DNA of 64,000 nucleotides from Myxococcota bacterium (GCA_025054695.1 JANWZI010000010.1:592-64591); one strand, 5' to 3'; counted from the stretch's first letter, positions 30,694 to 41,025 are shown. Made by a program: numbers and translations. The notes: generated by a model from the letters alone, not told the origin.

Positions 30694-32247
30694 ATGCATT
30701 CGGATGCGGTACGTCTGGGGGGCCCCCTCCGCCTTGAGGACGTCGAGGACGTGGCCGTCGGCAGGCGACGGGCCGAGTTGCCGGAGCCGTCGCGCGTGGT
30801 GATGGAGCGGAGCCGTCACGCCATCGAGTCGCTGTGCGAGGCGGCAGACCAGGCTCCCGCCATCTACGGCGTCAACACCGGCTTCGGCGCGCTCGCCGAG
30901 ACGCGGATCGCCGCCGCGGACGTCGAGCGACTGCAGCTCAACCTGCTGCGGAGCCACGCCGTCGGGGTCGGCCCTCCGCTTTCGCGCGAGCAGGTGCGTG
31001 CGATGATGCTTCTGCGCGCGCAGGCCCTCGCGCTCGGCCGCTCGGGGGTGCGGCCGGCGCTCGTCGAGACGCTGCTCGCGATGCTCGATCGCGACGTCGT
31101 GCCGGTCGTTCCGGCTCAGGGCAGCGTCGGCGCATCGGGCGACCTGGCGCCGCTCGCCCACCTCGCTCTGGTGCTCGTGGGAGAAGGGGAGGCCCTGTTC
31201 GAGGGTCGGCGACTCGACGGCGCCGAGGCGTTGCGACGAGCCGGGCTCGAGCCGTTGCGTCTGGGGCCCAAGGAAGGGCTCTCGCTCGTCAACGGCACGC
31301 AGATGATGCTGGCCGTCGGCGCCCTTGCGCTGCTCGAAGCGGAGCGGCTGTGCGCGCTGGCGGACGTGACCGGCGCGATGTCCTTGGATGCGCTCGAGGG
31401 CAGCGGCCGGCCCTTCGATCCGCGCATCGCGGAGTGTCGCCCGCACCCCGGGCATCGGGCGAGCGCGGACAACCTGCGCGTCCTGCTCGACGACAGCGCC
31501 ATCATGGAGAGCCACCGCGACTGCAAAAAGGTCCAGGACCCCTATTCGCTGCGCTGCATGCCCCAGGTGCACGGGGCCAGCCGCGACGCCTTGGCCTGGG
31601 CCCGCGGCGTGCTCGAGCGCGAGACGGTCGCGGCGACCGACAACCCCCTCGTCTTCGTCGACGACGGCGGCCGCGTGGACGTGCTCAGCGGTGGCAACTT
31701 CCACGGACAGCCCCTCGCCCTCGCGCTCGACCTGGCCGCGATGGCCGTCGCGGAGCTGGGCGCCATCGCCGAGCGGCGCATCGAGCAGCTCGTCAATCCG
31801 GCGCTCTCGAGCGGTTTGCCGCCGTTCCTCGCGCCCCGCACCGGGCTCGACTCGGGCTTCATGATGGCGCAGGTGACCGCCGCGGCGCTGGTCAGCGAGA
31901 ACAAGGTGCTGTGCCATCCCGCCTCGGTCGACTCGATTCCGTCGAGCGCCGGCAAGGAGGATCACGTCTCGATGGGCAGCATCGCCGCGCGCAAGCTCGC
32001 GCGTGTGGTCGAGCACGTGCGCGTCGTGCTCGCCATCGAGGCCCTGGTCGCCGCGCAAGGGCTCGACCATCGATTGCCCCGCCGCGGAGGGCGGGGCGTG
32101 CGGGCCGCGCACGATGCGATCCGGTCGGTCTGTCCGCCGCTACAAGAGGATCGCGCGCTGCACCGGGACGTCGAGGCCGCCGTCCGCCTGTTCGAGTCGG
32201 GCGCGCTGCGCTCCGCGGTCGAGGCTGCCACCGGCCCACTTCGTTGA
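30694..32247 (+). CDS. hutH: Histidine ammonia-lyase family (MIO-dependent aromatic amino acid ammonia-lyase)
   Basis: Lies in ORF 30226..32247, starting at ATG 30694 ([10 protein letters not shown]). Contains [15 protein letters not shown] and the MIO triad [14 protein letters not shown]. Confidence 0.85.
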   Translation: MHSDAVRLGGPLRLEDVEDVAVGRRRAELPEPSRVVMERSRHAIESLCEAADQAPAIYGVNTGFGALAETRIAAADVERLQLNLLRSHAVGVGPPLSREQVRAMMLLRAQALALGRSGVRPALVETLLAMLDRDVVPVVPAQGSVGASGDLAPLAHLALVLVGEGEALFEGRRLDGAEALRRAGLEPLRLGPKEGLSLVNGTQMMLAVGALALLEAERLCALADVTGAMSLDALEGSGRPFDPRIAECRPHPGHRASADNLRVLLDDSAIMESHRDCKKVQDPYSLRCMPQVHGASRDALAWARGVLERETVAATDNPLVFVDDGGRVDVLSGGNFHGQPLALALDLAAMAVAELGAIAERRIEQLVNPALSSGLPPFLAPRTGLDSGFMMAQVTAAALVSENKVLCHPASVDSIPSSAGKEDHVSMGSIAARKLARVVEHVRVVLAIEALVAAQGLDHRLPRRGGRGVRAAHDAIRSVCPPLQEDRALHRDVEAAVRLFESGALRSAVEAATGPLR

Positions 32248-32257
32248 GTGCGCTTGG

Positions 32258-32326
32258 TCGGGAGTCGGTCTCGGACCCGGCCTCGGACTTGGGCTCAGGT
32301 TCGGACACAGAACCGGGCTCGGGATC
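32258..32326. repeat. Hexamer-repeat array (complement orientation)
   Basis: Sequence reads tcggga gtcggt ctcgga cccggc ctcgga cttggg ctcagg ttcgga... It begins 11 nt after the hutH stop. The right flank contains GCGACCCATGTGATCCGCG. Confidence 0.75.
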
Positions 32327-32431
32327 GAAACAATCGCCGGCGGCTGCGACCCATGTGATCCGCGCGGTCGGGACCGCGTTCCGACGTGGGCTCGGGTCGG
32401 CACGCGGCCTCGCGTCGCGGCGCGGTCGCGA

Positions 32432-33037
32432 TCAATCGTCGGGCCCGTTCGCTTCGAACGCCGAGCTGATCTCTTCCCACGACGGCACGAGGCTGCTCGG
32501 CGCGACGGTCGCGACGTGTAGTCGCAGCACGACGCGCGCGACCGGGGACGTCTGCGAGAAATTGCCGCGGCGGCCCCGGGGATTCTCGAAGACCGCCTCG
32601 GAGCCGGGACGGGGAAATGGATACGAGATCTCGATGCGGTCGCCGCTTCGGTGCTGGCCGCCCACCAGGCGCAGCCCAAGCATCGGATGGCGACGCACAA
32701 CCCGGCGCGTGGTCCGGTCGAGCACCTCGACGCACGTCATCTGCGGGTCGAGCACGTAGACGTGATTCTGCGTCCAGATCTCGAAGACCTTCCACGGCGT
32801 CTCGAGGCTCGGCGACGGCCCGTGCGAATGGACGACCTCGACCTCGAGCATGGGCTTGCCCCGCGCGCGACGCGGGGAAAGCGACGGCGACGGGGGACGA
32901 AGAGCCATGTCGGTGGTCGTGATCGAGGCGTCGATGGGAACCGAGACGCGCTGCTCGACCGGGCGCGGGTCGGCAATGCCGACCAGGGTCGTCGGGGTGC
33001 GCCGCTGACTCACGCGCTGACCGTACAACGATTCCAC
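32432..33037 (-). CDS. Hypothetical protein
   Basis: 201-aa ORF with a GTG start and non-repetitive composition (WKVFEIWTQNHVYVLDPQMTCVEVLD). I recognise no family. Confidence 0.5.
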   Translation of the reverse strand: MESLYGQRVSQRRTPTTLVGIADPRPVEQRVSVPIDASITTTDMALRPPSPSLSPRRARGKPMLEVEVVHSHGPSPSLETPWKVFEIWTQNHVYVLDPQMTCVEVLDRTTRRVVRRHPMLGLRLVGGQHRSGDRIEISYPFPRPGSEAVFENPRGRRGNFSQTSPVARVVLRLHVATVAPSSLVPSWEEISSAFEANGPDD

Positions 33038-33084
33038 TGCGGGTGTCTCGCCGCAACCGTGATCCGGTGCGATTCGCTCCAGGG

Positions 33085-33286
33085 CCCGAGACCGAGCCCG
33101 ACTCCGAGACCGAGACCGAGTTCGAGTCCGGGTCCGAGCCCGAGCCCGAGCCCGAGTCCGGGTCCGAGCCCGAGACCGAGACCGAGACCGAGTCCGAGTC
33201 GGAGTCCGGGACCGAGTCCGAGACCGAGTCCGGGTCCGAGACCGAGTCCGAGCCCGAGCCGGAGTCCGAGACCGAGACCGAGCTCG
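33085..33286. repeat. Hexamer-repeat array (GAGNCC orientation), about 33 units
   Basis: Sequence reads cccgag accgag cccgac tccgag accgag accgag ttcgag tccggg tccgag... It is intergenic. The left flank is GCAACCGTGATCCGGTGCGATTCGCTCCAGGGC. Confidence 0.9.
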
Positions 33287-33313
33287 TCCGTCGAGGCGAT
33301 CGAGCGGCCCTCG

Positions 33314-34075
33314 CTACGTCGCCGACCAGCCCCCGTCGACGACGAGGACGGATCCCGTGACGTACGAAGCCTCGTCGGAAGCGAGGAAGACCGCCGCGGG
33401 CGCGACCTCCTCGGGCTTGCCGACGCGGCCGAGCGCCGTGCGCGAGACGACACGCTCGACAATCGCGGGGTTGTTCGTGAGCGCCGCGGAGAACCGCGTG
33501 TCGATGAGACCTGGGGCGATGGCATTGACGCGGATTCCGAGCGGGCCCAGCTCGACGGCCAGCGTGCGCGTCATCGAGACGATGGCGGCCTTGGTCATGC
33601 CGTAGATGCCCTGCATGGGCGCGGCCATCGCGCCGAGCACGCTGGTGACGTTGACGATGGCTCCGCCGCCGCCCCGTCGCTGCACGTGCGCGGCCAGCGC
33701 GCGGCAAAGCGCGAAGGGACCTTCGAGGTTGACCTCGAAGGTCTTGCGCCAGACGGCCTCGTCCGCGCCGCACAGCGCTCCGAAATACGGATTGGTCGCC
33801 GCGTTGTTGACGACGACGTCGAGCCGGCCGAAGCGCTCGATTGCCGTTTCGACGAGTCGGGTGGCCTCTTCGGGTCGGCCCGCATGCGCGGCCACGGCCA
33901 TGGCCTCTCCGCCTTCCGCTCGAATGGCGCCGGCGGCCTGCTCGAGGGCCTCGAGCTTGCGCGCGGACATCAGCACGCGCGCTCCTTCGCGCGCGAACGC
34001 TCGGGCGATCGCGAGCCCGATGCCCCGGCTCGCGCCCGTCACGACGGCGACCTTGTCGGTGAGTCGGCGAGTCAT
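33314..34075 (-). CDS. Short-chain dehydrogenase/reductase (SDR) family oxidoreductase
   Basis: 253 aa containing VTGASRGIGLAIA, NNAA and YGMTKAA. Confidence 0.88.
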   Translation of the reverse strand: MTRRLTDKVAVVTGASRGIGLAIARAFAREGARVLMSARKLEALEQAAGAIRAEGGEAMAVAAHAGRPEEATRLVETAIERFGRLDVVVNNAATNPYFGALCGADEAVWRKTFEVNLEGPFALCRALAAHVQRRGGGGAIVNVTSVLGAMAAPMQGIYGMTKAAIVSMTRTLAVELGPLGIRVNAIAPGLIDTRFSAALTNNPAIVERVVSRTALGRVGKPEEVAPAAVFLASDEASYVTGSVLVVDGGWSAT

Positions 34076-34151
34076 CCGACGCGCACGCTAGCACGCGCGT
34101 CGCGACCCCGAACGGGTCGGATGGCGCCGGCCGAGTTGGTTGATCGCGCCT

Positions 34152-34184
34152 TCGACTCGGTCTCGGACTCGAGCTCGAGCTCGC
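34152..34184. repeat. Short hexamer-repeat tract in a divergent gap
   Basis: Sequence reads tcgact cggtct cggact cgagct cgagct cgc. Confidence 0.5.
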
Positions 34185-34300
34185 AGTACCCGTCGGCCAC
34201 GTCAAGCCACGTGACCGCCGCTGCGAGGGGTCATTGCACCTGAGCGAGAGGCGAGCTCGGGTGCGAGCGTTGACGATCCCTGGGACGTCGCACGACGATC

Positions 34301-35395
34301 GTGGGCGTCGTGGTCGCGCGCGCTCGAGGAACTTGGTCCCGTGGGCGCGTGGGCCGGTCCGTCCGGTTCTGCCCCGTCGCATGGTTCGTTCTGATCGCCG
34401 ACGGCTGCGCGACGCACTCCGCGGTGGGGCCCGACGCCGGGTCGTTCGATTCGCCTGGAAACCCGGGCGACGGTGACGCGGACGGCGGGCATCGGCTCGA
34501 GCCGTGGCCGAGCGCGGCATGCGCGGCGAGCTCGGGAGGCGCGTACGAGGTGGGCTCGCGCGGCGGCACGCTGACACACGGTGGTCGCGAGCGCACGTTC
34601 CTCGTCCGGGTGCCACCCGGGGCGCGGGCGGGCGAGCCGTTGCCCGTCGTCGTCGTACTGCACGGAGGCTTCGGCAGCGGAGCCGGAATCGCATCGACGA
34701 GCGGCTTCGACGACCTCGCGGACCGCGAGGGGTTCGTCGCCGTCTTTCCGGATGGTACGGGTGCGATTCGCACGTGGAATGGCGGGGTGTGCTGCGGTTC
34801 GGCGGTGCGAGAGAACGTGGACGACGTGGGCTTCCTCGTGGCGTTGGTCGAGCACCTCGGCGAGACGCTGTGCCTCGATCGGCGTCGGGTCTACGCGACG
34901 GGCATTTCGAATGGCGGCTTTCTCGCCCATCGAGTCGGCTGCGAGGCCTCCCATCGGTTTGTTGCGATCGCGGCCGTCGCCGGGCCGGAGGGATCGCCGC
35001 GTTGCGAACCGACGCGTCCGGTGGGCGTCTTGCACATCCACGGAACGCGCGACGCGCACGCGCCGTGGGACGGCGGCGAGGGGTGCGGACGAGCGGGGAT
35101 CGTGTTTCCGTCGGTTCCCGACACGATGGAGCGCTGGCGGCGGCGCAATGGCTGCTCTGTGGCGACGCGGCGCGTCCTCGAACAGGGCAACGGCCGCTGT
35201 GACGCGTACGAGGGCTGCGCCCCGGGCGGCGCGACGGTTCTGTGCGCCGTCGTGGACGGCGGCCACAGCTGGCCGGGTGGCGACCCACCACCCGCACGGA
35301 GCGACGAACGCTGCCCGGACGACGGGCCGCACAGCACGACGTTCGACGCGACGGCCGTGATATGGAGCTTCTTCCGAGACCAGTCGATGCCGTGA
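34301..35395 (+). CDS. Secreted esterase of the PHB-depolymerase / LpqC family
   Basis: 364 aa containing VVVLHGG, DDVGF and the GISNGG nucleophile elbow, plus HGTRD. It has many Cys. The start codon is uncertain. Confidence 0.7.
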   Translation: MGVVVARARGTWSRGRVGRSVRFCPVAWFVLIADGCATHSAVGPDAGSFDSPGNPGDGDADGGHRLEPWPSAACAASSGGAYEVGSRGGTLTHGGRERTFLVRVPPGARAGEPLPVVVVLHGGFGSGAGIASTSGFDDLADREGFVAVFPDGTGAIRTWNGGVCCGSAVRENVDDVGFLVALVEHLGETLCLDRRRVYATGISNGGFLAHRVGCEASHRFVAIAAVAGPEGSPRCEPTRPVGVLHIHGTRDAHAPWDGGEGCGRAGIVFPSVPDTMERWRRRNGCSVATRRVLEQGNGRCDAYEGCAPGGATVLCAVVDGGHSWPGGDPPPARSDERCPDDGPHSTTFDATAVIWSFFRDQSMP

Positions 35396-35400
35396 ATCCG

Positions 35401-35490
35401 CGCGGACTCGGCCTTGCCCACGGACCCCGCGCTCGGCTCAACCCCCGTCACGGATGCGGGTGTGGACCTGGACTCCGACTCGGTCGCGGG
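35401..35490. repeat. Degenerate remnant of the hexamer-repeat element
   Basis: Sequence reads gcggactcggcc...GTCACGGatgcGGGTGTggacctggactccgactcggtcgcgggc. It lies in a convergent gap. Confidence 0.35.
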
Positions 35491-35540
35491 CGTCGACGCG
35501 ACGCGTCCTGAATTGCCCTCGGTCGGCCCAATCGGCGCCG

Positions 35541-38426
35541 TCAGCCCGGTCCGATCTCGGCGAGCGTGCGTTCGACCTGCTCGAGCTCCGGCAACCCGAG
35601 CGGGCGCAACAGCGCGCGCGCCTCGCGCAGCCGCTCGCGTGCCGTTTCCAGGTCTCCGCGCTCGACCAGATGGCGACCGAGCGCGATCAGCGACCGGGCG
35701 ACCTCCTTGTCGTTGCCGAGCTCGCGGAAGATGTCGATGGAGGCTAGGTAGCTGTCCTCGGCGCGGCGGTCGACGTCGCCGCTCGCATCGAACAGCGTCC
35801 GCGCGCGCAGGTCTCCGAGCGCACGATGGGCGAGCGCGATGGCCTCGCGCCCTCCGTACTGGGTCGCCAAGGCGAGCGCGTTGCGAAGCGTCGCTTCGCT
35901 GGCCTCGTCGCCCAGGCGCATCAGCACCAGGCCGAGGTTGCGCTCAACCTCGGTCGCGGCGCGCAGATCGCCCAGGCTCTCGGCGAGCCGCCGGGCCTCG
36001 AGCAGGCGTGCGCGTGCCTCCTCGAGGCGGCCGTCGCGCGCGAGCGCCTCGCCCACGTTGTTGTGCAGGAAGCACTGCGTACGTCCATCGCCCACCGATC
36101 GCGCTCCTTGCAGCGCCTGCTCCCAGCGCTCGATGGCCGCGGCGATGTCGCCGCGCTCGAAGGCGAAGATGCCGAGCGCGTTGAGGGACTCGACCGTTCC
36201 CTCGAGATCGCCGAGCTCGTGTCGAATGGCGAGCGCCTCGCCGCACAGTCGCTCGGCCTCGGGCAGCGCACCGCGCGCATAGCGCACCATCCCCAGCGTG
36301 TGCAGCGAGACGGCCTCGCCGCGGCGGTCGGCCTGTGCCCGGCGCAGGGCGAGGGCCTCGTTCGCCGCGTGCTCGGCCGCCTCCAGCTCGCCGCGCACAC
36401 GCAGTACCTGGGCCAGGTCGTCGAGCGTGGCCGCCACCCCCCGTGCGTCGGCGGCTCCGCGGAACAGCTCGAGGGCGCGCTCGAGCAGGACGCGTGCCCG
36501 CTCGTCCTGACCGCGCCGGCGGTGCACCCGCGCGATGCGGTTGAGCGCGGCCGCCGCCTTGCCGCGGGCGCCGAGCCGCCATGCCAGGCGCAACATGCGG
36601 TCGAACGAAGCGAGCGCCTCGTCGTAGCGACCCAGGGTGGTCAGCAACGAACCGTGCTCGTGCAGGGCGTCGAGACGGCGCGCGACGTCGTCCTCGGCGA
36701 GCAGACCGAGCGCTGCCGTCACGTACGCAAGCGCGGTCTCGGTTCGCAAGCGGGCGCGTTCCTCGTGCGCTGCCTCGAGGTAGGCGCGACCGGCGCGCTC
36801 GCGCAGCCCGGCGCGCTCCAGGTGCGGAGCGATGAGCGCCGCGACGCCCTGCCAGCCCGTCTCTGCCGCGACCGCGAGCCATCCGGCAACGGCGGCGTGG
36901 CGGGCGACGCGCAGCGCGGGGTCCATGCGGTCGTAGAGCAGATCGCGCACGCGGCTCGAGGCGAATGCGTACTGGCGCATCGCGGGAAGCTCGCAGGGCT
37001 CGTAGACGAGCACGAAACCCCGACGCACGAGCCGCCCGAGGACCGCGTCCAGCATGGCCACGTCGTCGTCCGTCCAGATCGCAGTCGGATCGGTCTCCGT
37101 GTCGGGTGGTGCACGCTCGGTGCGCATCTGGGCGAGCAGCGCGCCGTCCCAGAAGGTCTCGCCGACGACCGCGGCGCGTTCGAGCGTGGCGCGATCGAAC
37201 GGGTCGAGTCGCTCGAGCCGACTGAGCACCGCGTCGTCGGCCGTCACGGGCAAATCCCCGCGGTCCAGGCGCCCCAGGTCGACGCGAAGGCTCGCGTCGT
37301 CGCCCGCGACGAACAAGCCGGCTTCGACGAGCTCCTCGACGAGTTGCACGACGGCGGCCGGTCGACCCCCCGACCGGTGCGCGATCGCGGCGCCGAGGGC
37401 TTCGGGCACCGCGTCGAGGGCCGGAAGCAGGACGCGCACCATCGCGGCGACCTCGGCCTCGTCGAGCGGCGGCAGCGGAACGACGGACTGCATGCGATGG
37501 GGGGGGATCGGGCCCAGCCGCTCCGCGACGGAAGGTTCGCCGGTCACGACGATGGCCACGTGCGCCTCGATGCCGAGCAGCTCGCGCAGCATCTCGAGGG
37601 CGACCTCGCTCGCGCGGTGCAGATCGTCGAGCAGCACGAGCAGGGGACGGGCGCGCGCGTCGGCCTCGAACAGCTCCCGCAGCGCGCGGCGGGTGCGGCG
37701 GCGCAGTTCCTCGGGGCGTCCCGCGAGCGAGGTCAGAAACGGGCTGTCCGGGAACGGAACGCCCGCGAGATGCCCGAGCAGGTGCGTGGCTTCGGCCACC
37801 GCGGCTGCCTCCGAGGTGCCCAGTGCTTCGGCCACGGCCGTGGCCATCTGCGCGCGCACCGAGGCCGGGCTGCGCGTGGGGACGATGTCGAAGCGATCGA
37901 GCAGAAGTCGGGAGAACGGCGCGTGCTCGTCGTCGCCCTCGCGACACGCGCCGTACAGCACCCGCGTGGAGGGATCGAGCGCGGCCGCGACCTCGCTGGC
38001 ATGCACGAGCAGTCGCGTCCGCCCCGAGCCGCGTTCTCCGATGACGAGCACGACGGCGGGGCGACCGACCGAGAATGCCGCCTCGATGGCCGACGAGATG
38101 GCGGATGCGGCCTCGACGCGCCCGACCAGGGGCGGCTCGGCTCGATCCGCGGCGCCGAAGGAGCTTGGCGCGGCGTCCGAAGACGCCGGCTCCGCCTCGA
38201 TCGAGGGCGGCGGGGCATGCTCGTCGGTCATCTCCGGAGCGCCGGTGACCTCCGTGCGCTCCTCGGGCTCCGACGTCGGGGGCGAACCGGACGGGAGCCC
38301 GAGCGACCACGATCGGCTCCACGGCGTGGCGCTGCCGAGCGGCCGGCCACATCGGGCGCAGCCCCGCCACGCGCGCGGGTTGACGAACCCGCAGGCGCGA
38401 CATCGACCGTCCGCAGACCCCGTCAC
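35541..38426 (-). CDS. STAND-like ATPase (AAA_16-type P-loop) with an N-terminal zinc ribbon and a C-terminal TPR array
   Basis: 961 aa. The N-terminus has CRACGFVNPRAWRGCARCG, the Walker A is VIGERGSGRTRLL, and the C-terminal half has more than 8 TPR-like repeats (LGDLRAATEVERNLGLV...). Confidence 0.75.
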   Translation of the reverse strand: MTGSADGRCRACGFVNPRAWRGCARCGRPLGSATPWSRSWSLGLPSGSPPTSEPEERTEVTGAPEMTDEHAPPPSIEAEPASSDAAPSSFGAADRAEPPLVGRVEAASAISSAIEAAFSVGRPAVVLVIGERGSGRTRLLVHASEVAAALDPSTRVLYGACREGDDEHAPFSRLLLDRFDIVPTRSPASVRAQMATAVAEALGTSEAAAVAEATHLLGHLAGVPFPDSPFLTSLAGRPEELRRRTRRALRELFEADARARPLLVLLDDLHRASEVALEMLRELLGIEAHVAIVVTGEPSVAERLGPIPPHRMQSVVPLPPLDEAEVAAMVRVLLPALDAVPEALGAAIAHRSGGRPAAVVQLVEELVEAGLFVAGDDASLRVDLGRLDRGDLPVTADDAVLSRLERLDPFDRATLERAAVVGETFWDGALLAQMRTERAPPDTETDPTAIWTDDDVAMLDAVLGRLVRRGFVLVYEPCELPAMRQYAFASSRVRDLLYDRMDPALRVARHAAVAGWLAVAAETGWQGVAALIAPHLERAGLRERAGRAYLEAAHEERARLRTETALAYVTAALGLLAEDDVARRLDALHEHGSLLTTLGRYDEALASFDRMLRLAWRLGARGKAAAALNRIARVHRRRGQDERARVLLERALELFRGAADARGVAATLDDLAQVLRVRGELEAAEHAANEALALRRAQADRRGEAVSLHTLGMVRYARGALPEAERLCGEALAIRHELGDLEGTVESLNALGIFAFERGDIAAAIERWEQALQGARSVGDGRTQCFLHNNVGEALARDGRLEEARARLLEARRLAESLGDLRAATEVERNLGLVLMRLGDEASEATLRNALALATQYGGREAIALAHRALGDLRARTLFDASGDVDRRAEDSYLASIDIFRELGNDKEVARSLIALGRHLVERGDLETARERLREARALLRPLGLPELEQVERTLAEIGPG

Positions 38427-38516
38427 GGGGGCGATTTACGCACGAGGTCGTGCGCGCGACAACGGCGGTGTTTCCCGTGCGCGCGCAGGCTATTCTCACG
38501 CGACGGAGGCGAGACG

Positions 38517-40991
38517 ATGCGGGGTCGGACGCACGGCTGGGCGTGGATCGTCGCGGTTGCCGTCGGCGCCGGCGGTTGCGAGGCGTGCAAGGACTTCTTC
38601 GACGCCGGCGACGACGGCGACGACGACTCTCCTCGAAACCTCGGCGTCGGGGACGCATGCCGGCGCGCCAGCGAATGCCGCGTCGGGCTCGGCTGCATCG
38701 GGGGCACGTGTCAGCCCCAGGGGCTCGGCGTCGAGGGCTCGACGTGTCAGCTCACGGGCGACTGCGGGGCGGGGCTGTACTGCGCGCGCTCGCGAACGTG
38801 CGAGCGCGCCGGCGACGCGATGGCCGGGGACGACTGCCGTGCGACGGCGGACTGCGCTCCGGGACTCGTCTGCACGCTCGAGGGGCTCGGCGGGCGGTGC
38901 AGACCCGCCGGCAGCGCCGACATCGACGAGCCGTGCACGCGCCTGCTCGATTGCCTGGCCGGCCTCGAATGCAGGCCGGGTCGGGACGGACGCCCGGGTC
39001 ACTGCATCAATCCCGCGCCGGTGGCCTCCGGGGACGGCGGGTCCGGAGGGCTCGTTCCGGGGCTTCCGTTCTGGCCCGGGGAGCGGTGCACGGACGAAGG
39101 CGCACCGGCGCGCGCGTTGTTCGAGGTACCGCGCTTCGACGGCAGCGACGGCGACTTCTACCGGTTGCCATTCCCGAACGACATCCGGCGCAGACCCGAC
39201 GGACTCGACCTGCGCGGGCATCCGTCGCCCGCGACCGTGCTCGAGGTCGACATCATCGACCGGTATCTACGCGCTTCCGAGCGCGACCTGCGCGGCTTCT
39301 CGCTCAATCCCACGATTTACTTCCGCTTCAGCGAGCCGTACGACTGGGCGAGCGTCGAGGGGCAGCTTCGCATCGTCGACGTGACGCCGGGCTCGCCCGA
39401 TTACGGGCGGACGATGGCGCTGGCGTGGCTGACGACCGCCGGGCCCATCACGCGTTATCTGTGCGAGGACTGGCTCGCGTTGCGCGTCCCCCACGGCGCT
39501 CCGTTGCGCCCCGCGACCACGTACGCGGCCATCGTCGGCTCCGGCGTGCGCCCCGCGCCGTCGGTCGGCGGGCGCTTCGCGCGCTCGCCCGACCTCGACG
39601 CCGTGCTCGGGTCGACCGCTCCGTCCGACCCGGTGCTCGCGGCGGCCCACGCCGCGTATGCGCCGCTGCGCGCCTGGCTCGCCGATTCGGGTACCGATCC
39701 CGGCGAGGTGCTCAACGCGGCCGTCTTCACGACGCAGCCGCTCGGCGCGCTCGTGCCCGCGTTGCGCGAGGTCATCCGTGGCCGGCCGGCTCCGGCCGTC
39801 GGCGAGGCCGTGCTGTGCGACGGCAGCCGCCGCTCGCCGTGCGACGACGGGACGCCGCAGCGCGCGTGCGGCACGCCCGTCTCCGGGATCCGCGAGATCC
39901 ATGGGCGGATCGAGCTACCCATCTTTCAGCATGGTCGCGCGCCGTACGAGGAGCCCGACGACGGCGGCGGGCTCCAGCTCGACGCGAGTGGCCGACCCGT
40001 GGTCGCTCGGACCGAGGCCGTTTGCTTCGGGCTCGCGTTGCCCGACGGTCCGACGCCTGCCGGCGGATGGCCCCTGCTGATCCACGCGCACGGCACCGGC
40101 GGCAGCTTCCGCGACGGTTTGTCGTGGTCCGCCGACCTGAACGCCGCGGTGCTGGGCATCGATTTGCCGCAGCACGGAGCGCGACGCGGGGGCAGCCGTC
40201 GCTCGCCGGACGTGCTGTTCTTCAACTTCGTCAATCCGCCGGCCGCGCGCGACAACGTGACCCAGGGGGCGGCCGACCTGCTCGCGCTCGTCCACTTCGC
40301 CGTCTCCGGCCGGATCGAGGCCAGCGCGAGCCCGACCGGGGAGGCCATCGCGTTCGACCGGAGTCGCATCGTGCTGTTCGCGCATTCGCAGGGCGCGACG
40401 CACGCGGCGCTGATCGTGCCGCACGAGCCCGACTTGCGCGCGGTCGTGTTCAGCGGCCTGGGCGGCGACCTGACGCAGTCGCTGCTGCACAAGCGCGAGC
40501 CGGTGGACATCGCCGCGCTGCTGCCGTTCGCGCTGCTGGACCCGGATGCGTCCGGAGCGCTCGCGGCCGGGGACTTCCATCCCGCGCTCGCGCTGTTCCA
40601 GGGCTACTTCGACGCGGTCGACGCGGTCAATCACGCCGCCGCGCTCGTGCACCGCAGACCGATGGCCGGCGGCGCGCCGCACGTGTTCATGACGTACGGC
40701 CTCGGCGACAGCTTCTCGCCCGAGCCGACCATGCAGGCGTACGCGCTGGCGGCGGGACTGACGGCCGTGCGCCCGGTGCACGTCGAGTTCGGTCTGCGCG
40801 CCGCCGACCCGCCGCTCCGGGGCAACGAAATGGCGGCGAGCGGACCGCGCACCGTCGGGCTTCGGCAGTACCGGCCCGAATCGGGGGCCGACGGGCACTT
40901 CGTCGCGACGAGCGGACCGGGACGCGCCGACGTGGAGGCCTTCTTGCGCGCGGCGCTCGCGGGCGACGTCCCGTCGATCGGCACGCCATGA
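38517..40991 (+). CDS. Secreted lipoprotein: N-terminal Cys-rich repeats plus an alpha/beta-hydrolase domain
   Basis: Lies in ORF 35826..40991. I chose ATG 38517 after GGAGG (MRGRTHGWAWIVAVAVGAGGC). Repeated C-x-C modules include GDACRRASECRVGLGCIGGTC, GSTCQLTGDCGAGLYC and GDDCRATADCAPGLVC. Hydrolase motifs are LIHAHGTGGS and FAHSQGA. Confidence 0.7.
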   Translation: MRGRTHGWAWIVAVAVGAGGCEACKDFFDAGDDGDDDSPRNLGVGDACRRASECRVGLGCIGGTCQPQGLGVEGSTCQLTGDCGAGLYCARSRTCERAGDAMAGDDCRATADCAPGLVCTLEGLGGRCRPAGSADIDEPCTRLLDCLAGLECRPGRDGRPGHCINPAPVASGDGGSGGLVPGLPFWPGERCTDEGAPARALFEVPRFDGSDGDFYRLPFPNDIRRRPDGLDLRGHPSPATVLEVDIIDRYLRASERDLRGFSLNPTIYFRFSEPYDWASVEGQLRIVDVTPGSPDYGRTMALAWLTTAGPITRYLCEDWLALRVPHGAPLRPATTYAAIVGSGVRPAPSVGGRFARSPDLDAVLGSTAPSDPVLAAAHAAYAPLRAWLADSGTDPGEVLNAAVFTTQPLGALVPALREVIRGRPAPAVGEAVLCDGSRRSPCDDGTPQRACGTPVSGIREIHGRIELPIFQHGRAPYEEPDDGGGLQLDASGRPVVARTEAVCFGLALPDGPTPAGGWPLLIHAHGTGGSFRDGLSWSADLNAAVLGIDLPQHGARRGGSRRSPDVLFFNFVNPPAARDNVTQGAADLLALVHFAVSGRIEASASPTGEAIAFDRSRIVLFAHSQGATHAALIVPHEPDLRAVVFSGLGGDLTQSLLHKREPVDIAALLPFALLDPDASGALAAGDFHPALALFQGYFDAVDAVNHAAALVHRRPMAGGAPHVFMTYGLGDSFSPEPTMQAYALAAGLTAVRPVHVEFGLRAADPPLRGNEMAASGPRTVGLRQYRPESGADGHFVATSGPGRADVEAFLRAALAGDVPSIGTP

Positions 40992-41025
40992 CGGATCCGC
41001 ATCGACCCGACCCGGTGCGAAGCAC

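Noticed and set aside
34766-34780. parS-like sequences: ATTCGCACGTGGAAT (34766-34780), CACGTGAAAG (41023-41032), and CCCACGTGGG at about 27785.
   Set aside because: The arms are out of register or only half-sites, and they lie inside CDSs far from parB. No 16-bp TGTTNCACGTGAAACA-type palindrome is visible near parAB in this window.
35826-38516. 5' extensions of real genes in the track. Examples are 35826..40991, 60330..63020, 14157..15929, 17674..19221, 18510..20369, 42267..43919, 45343..47280, 7023..8801, 2703..3818 and 646..2265.
   Set aside because: The upstream parts overlap other well-supported genes or repeat arrays and are compositionally junk. Internal ATG or GTG starts with an RBS, a signal peptide or a 4-nt overlap fit better.
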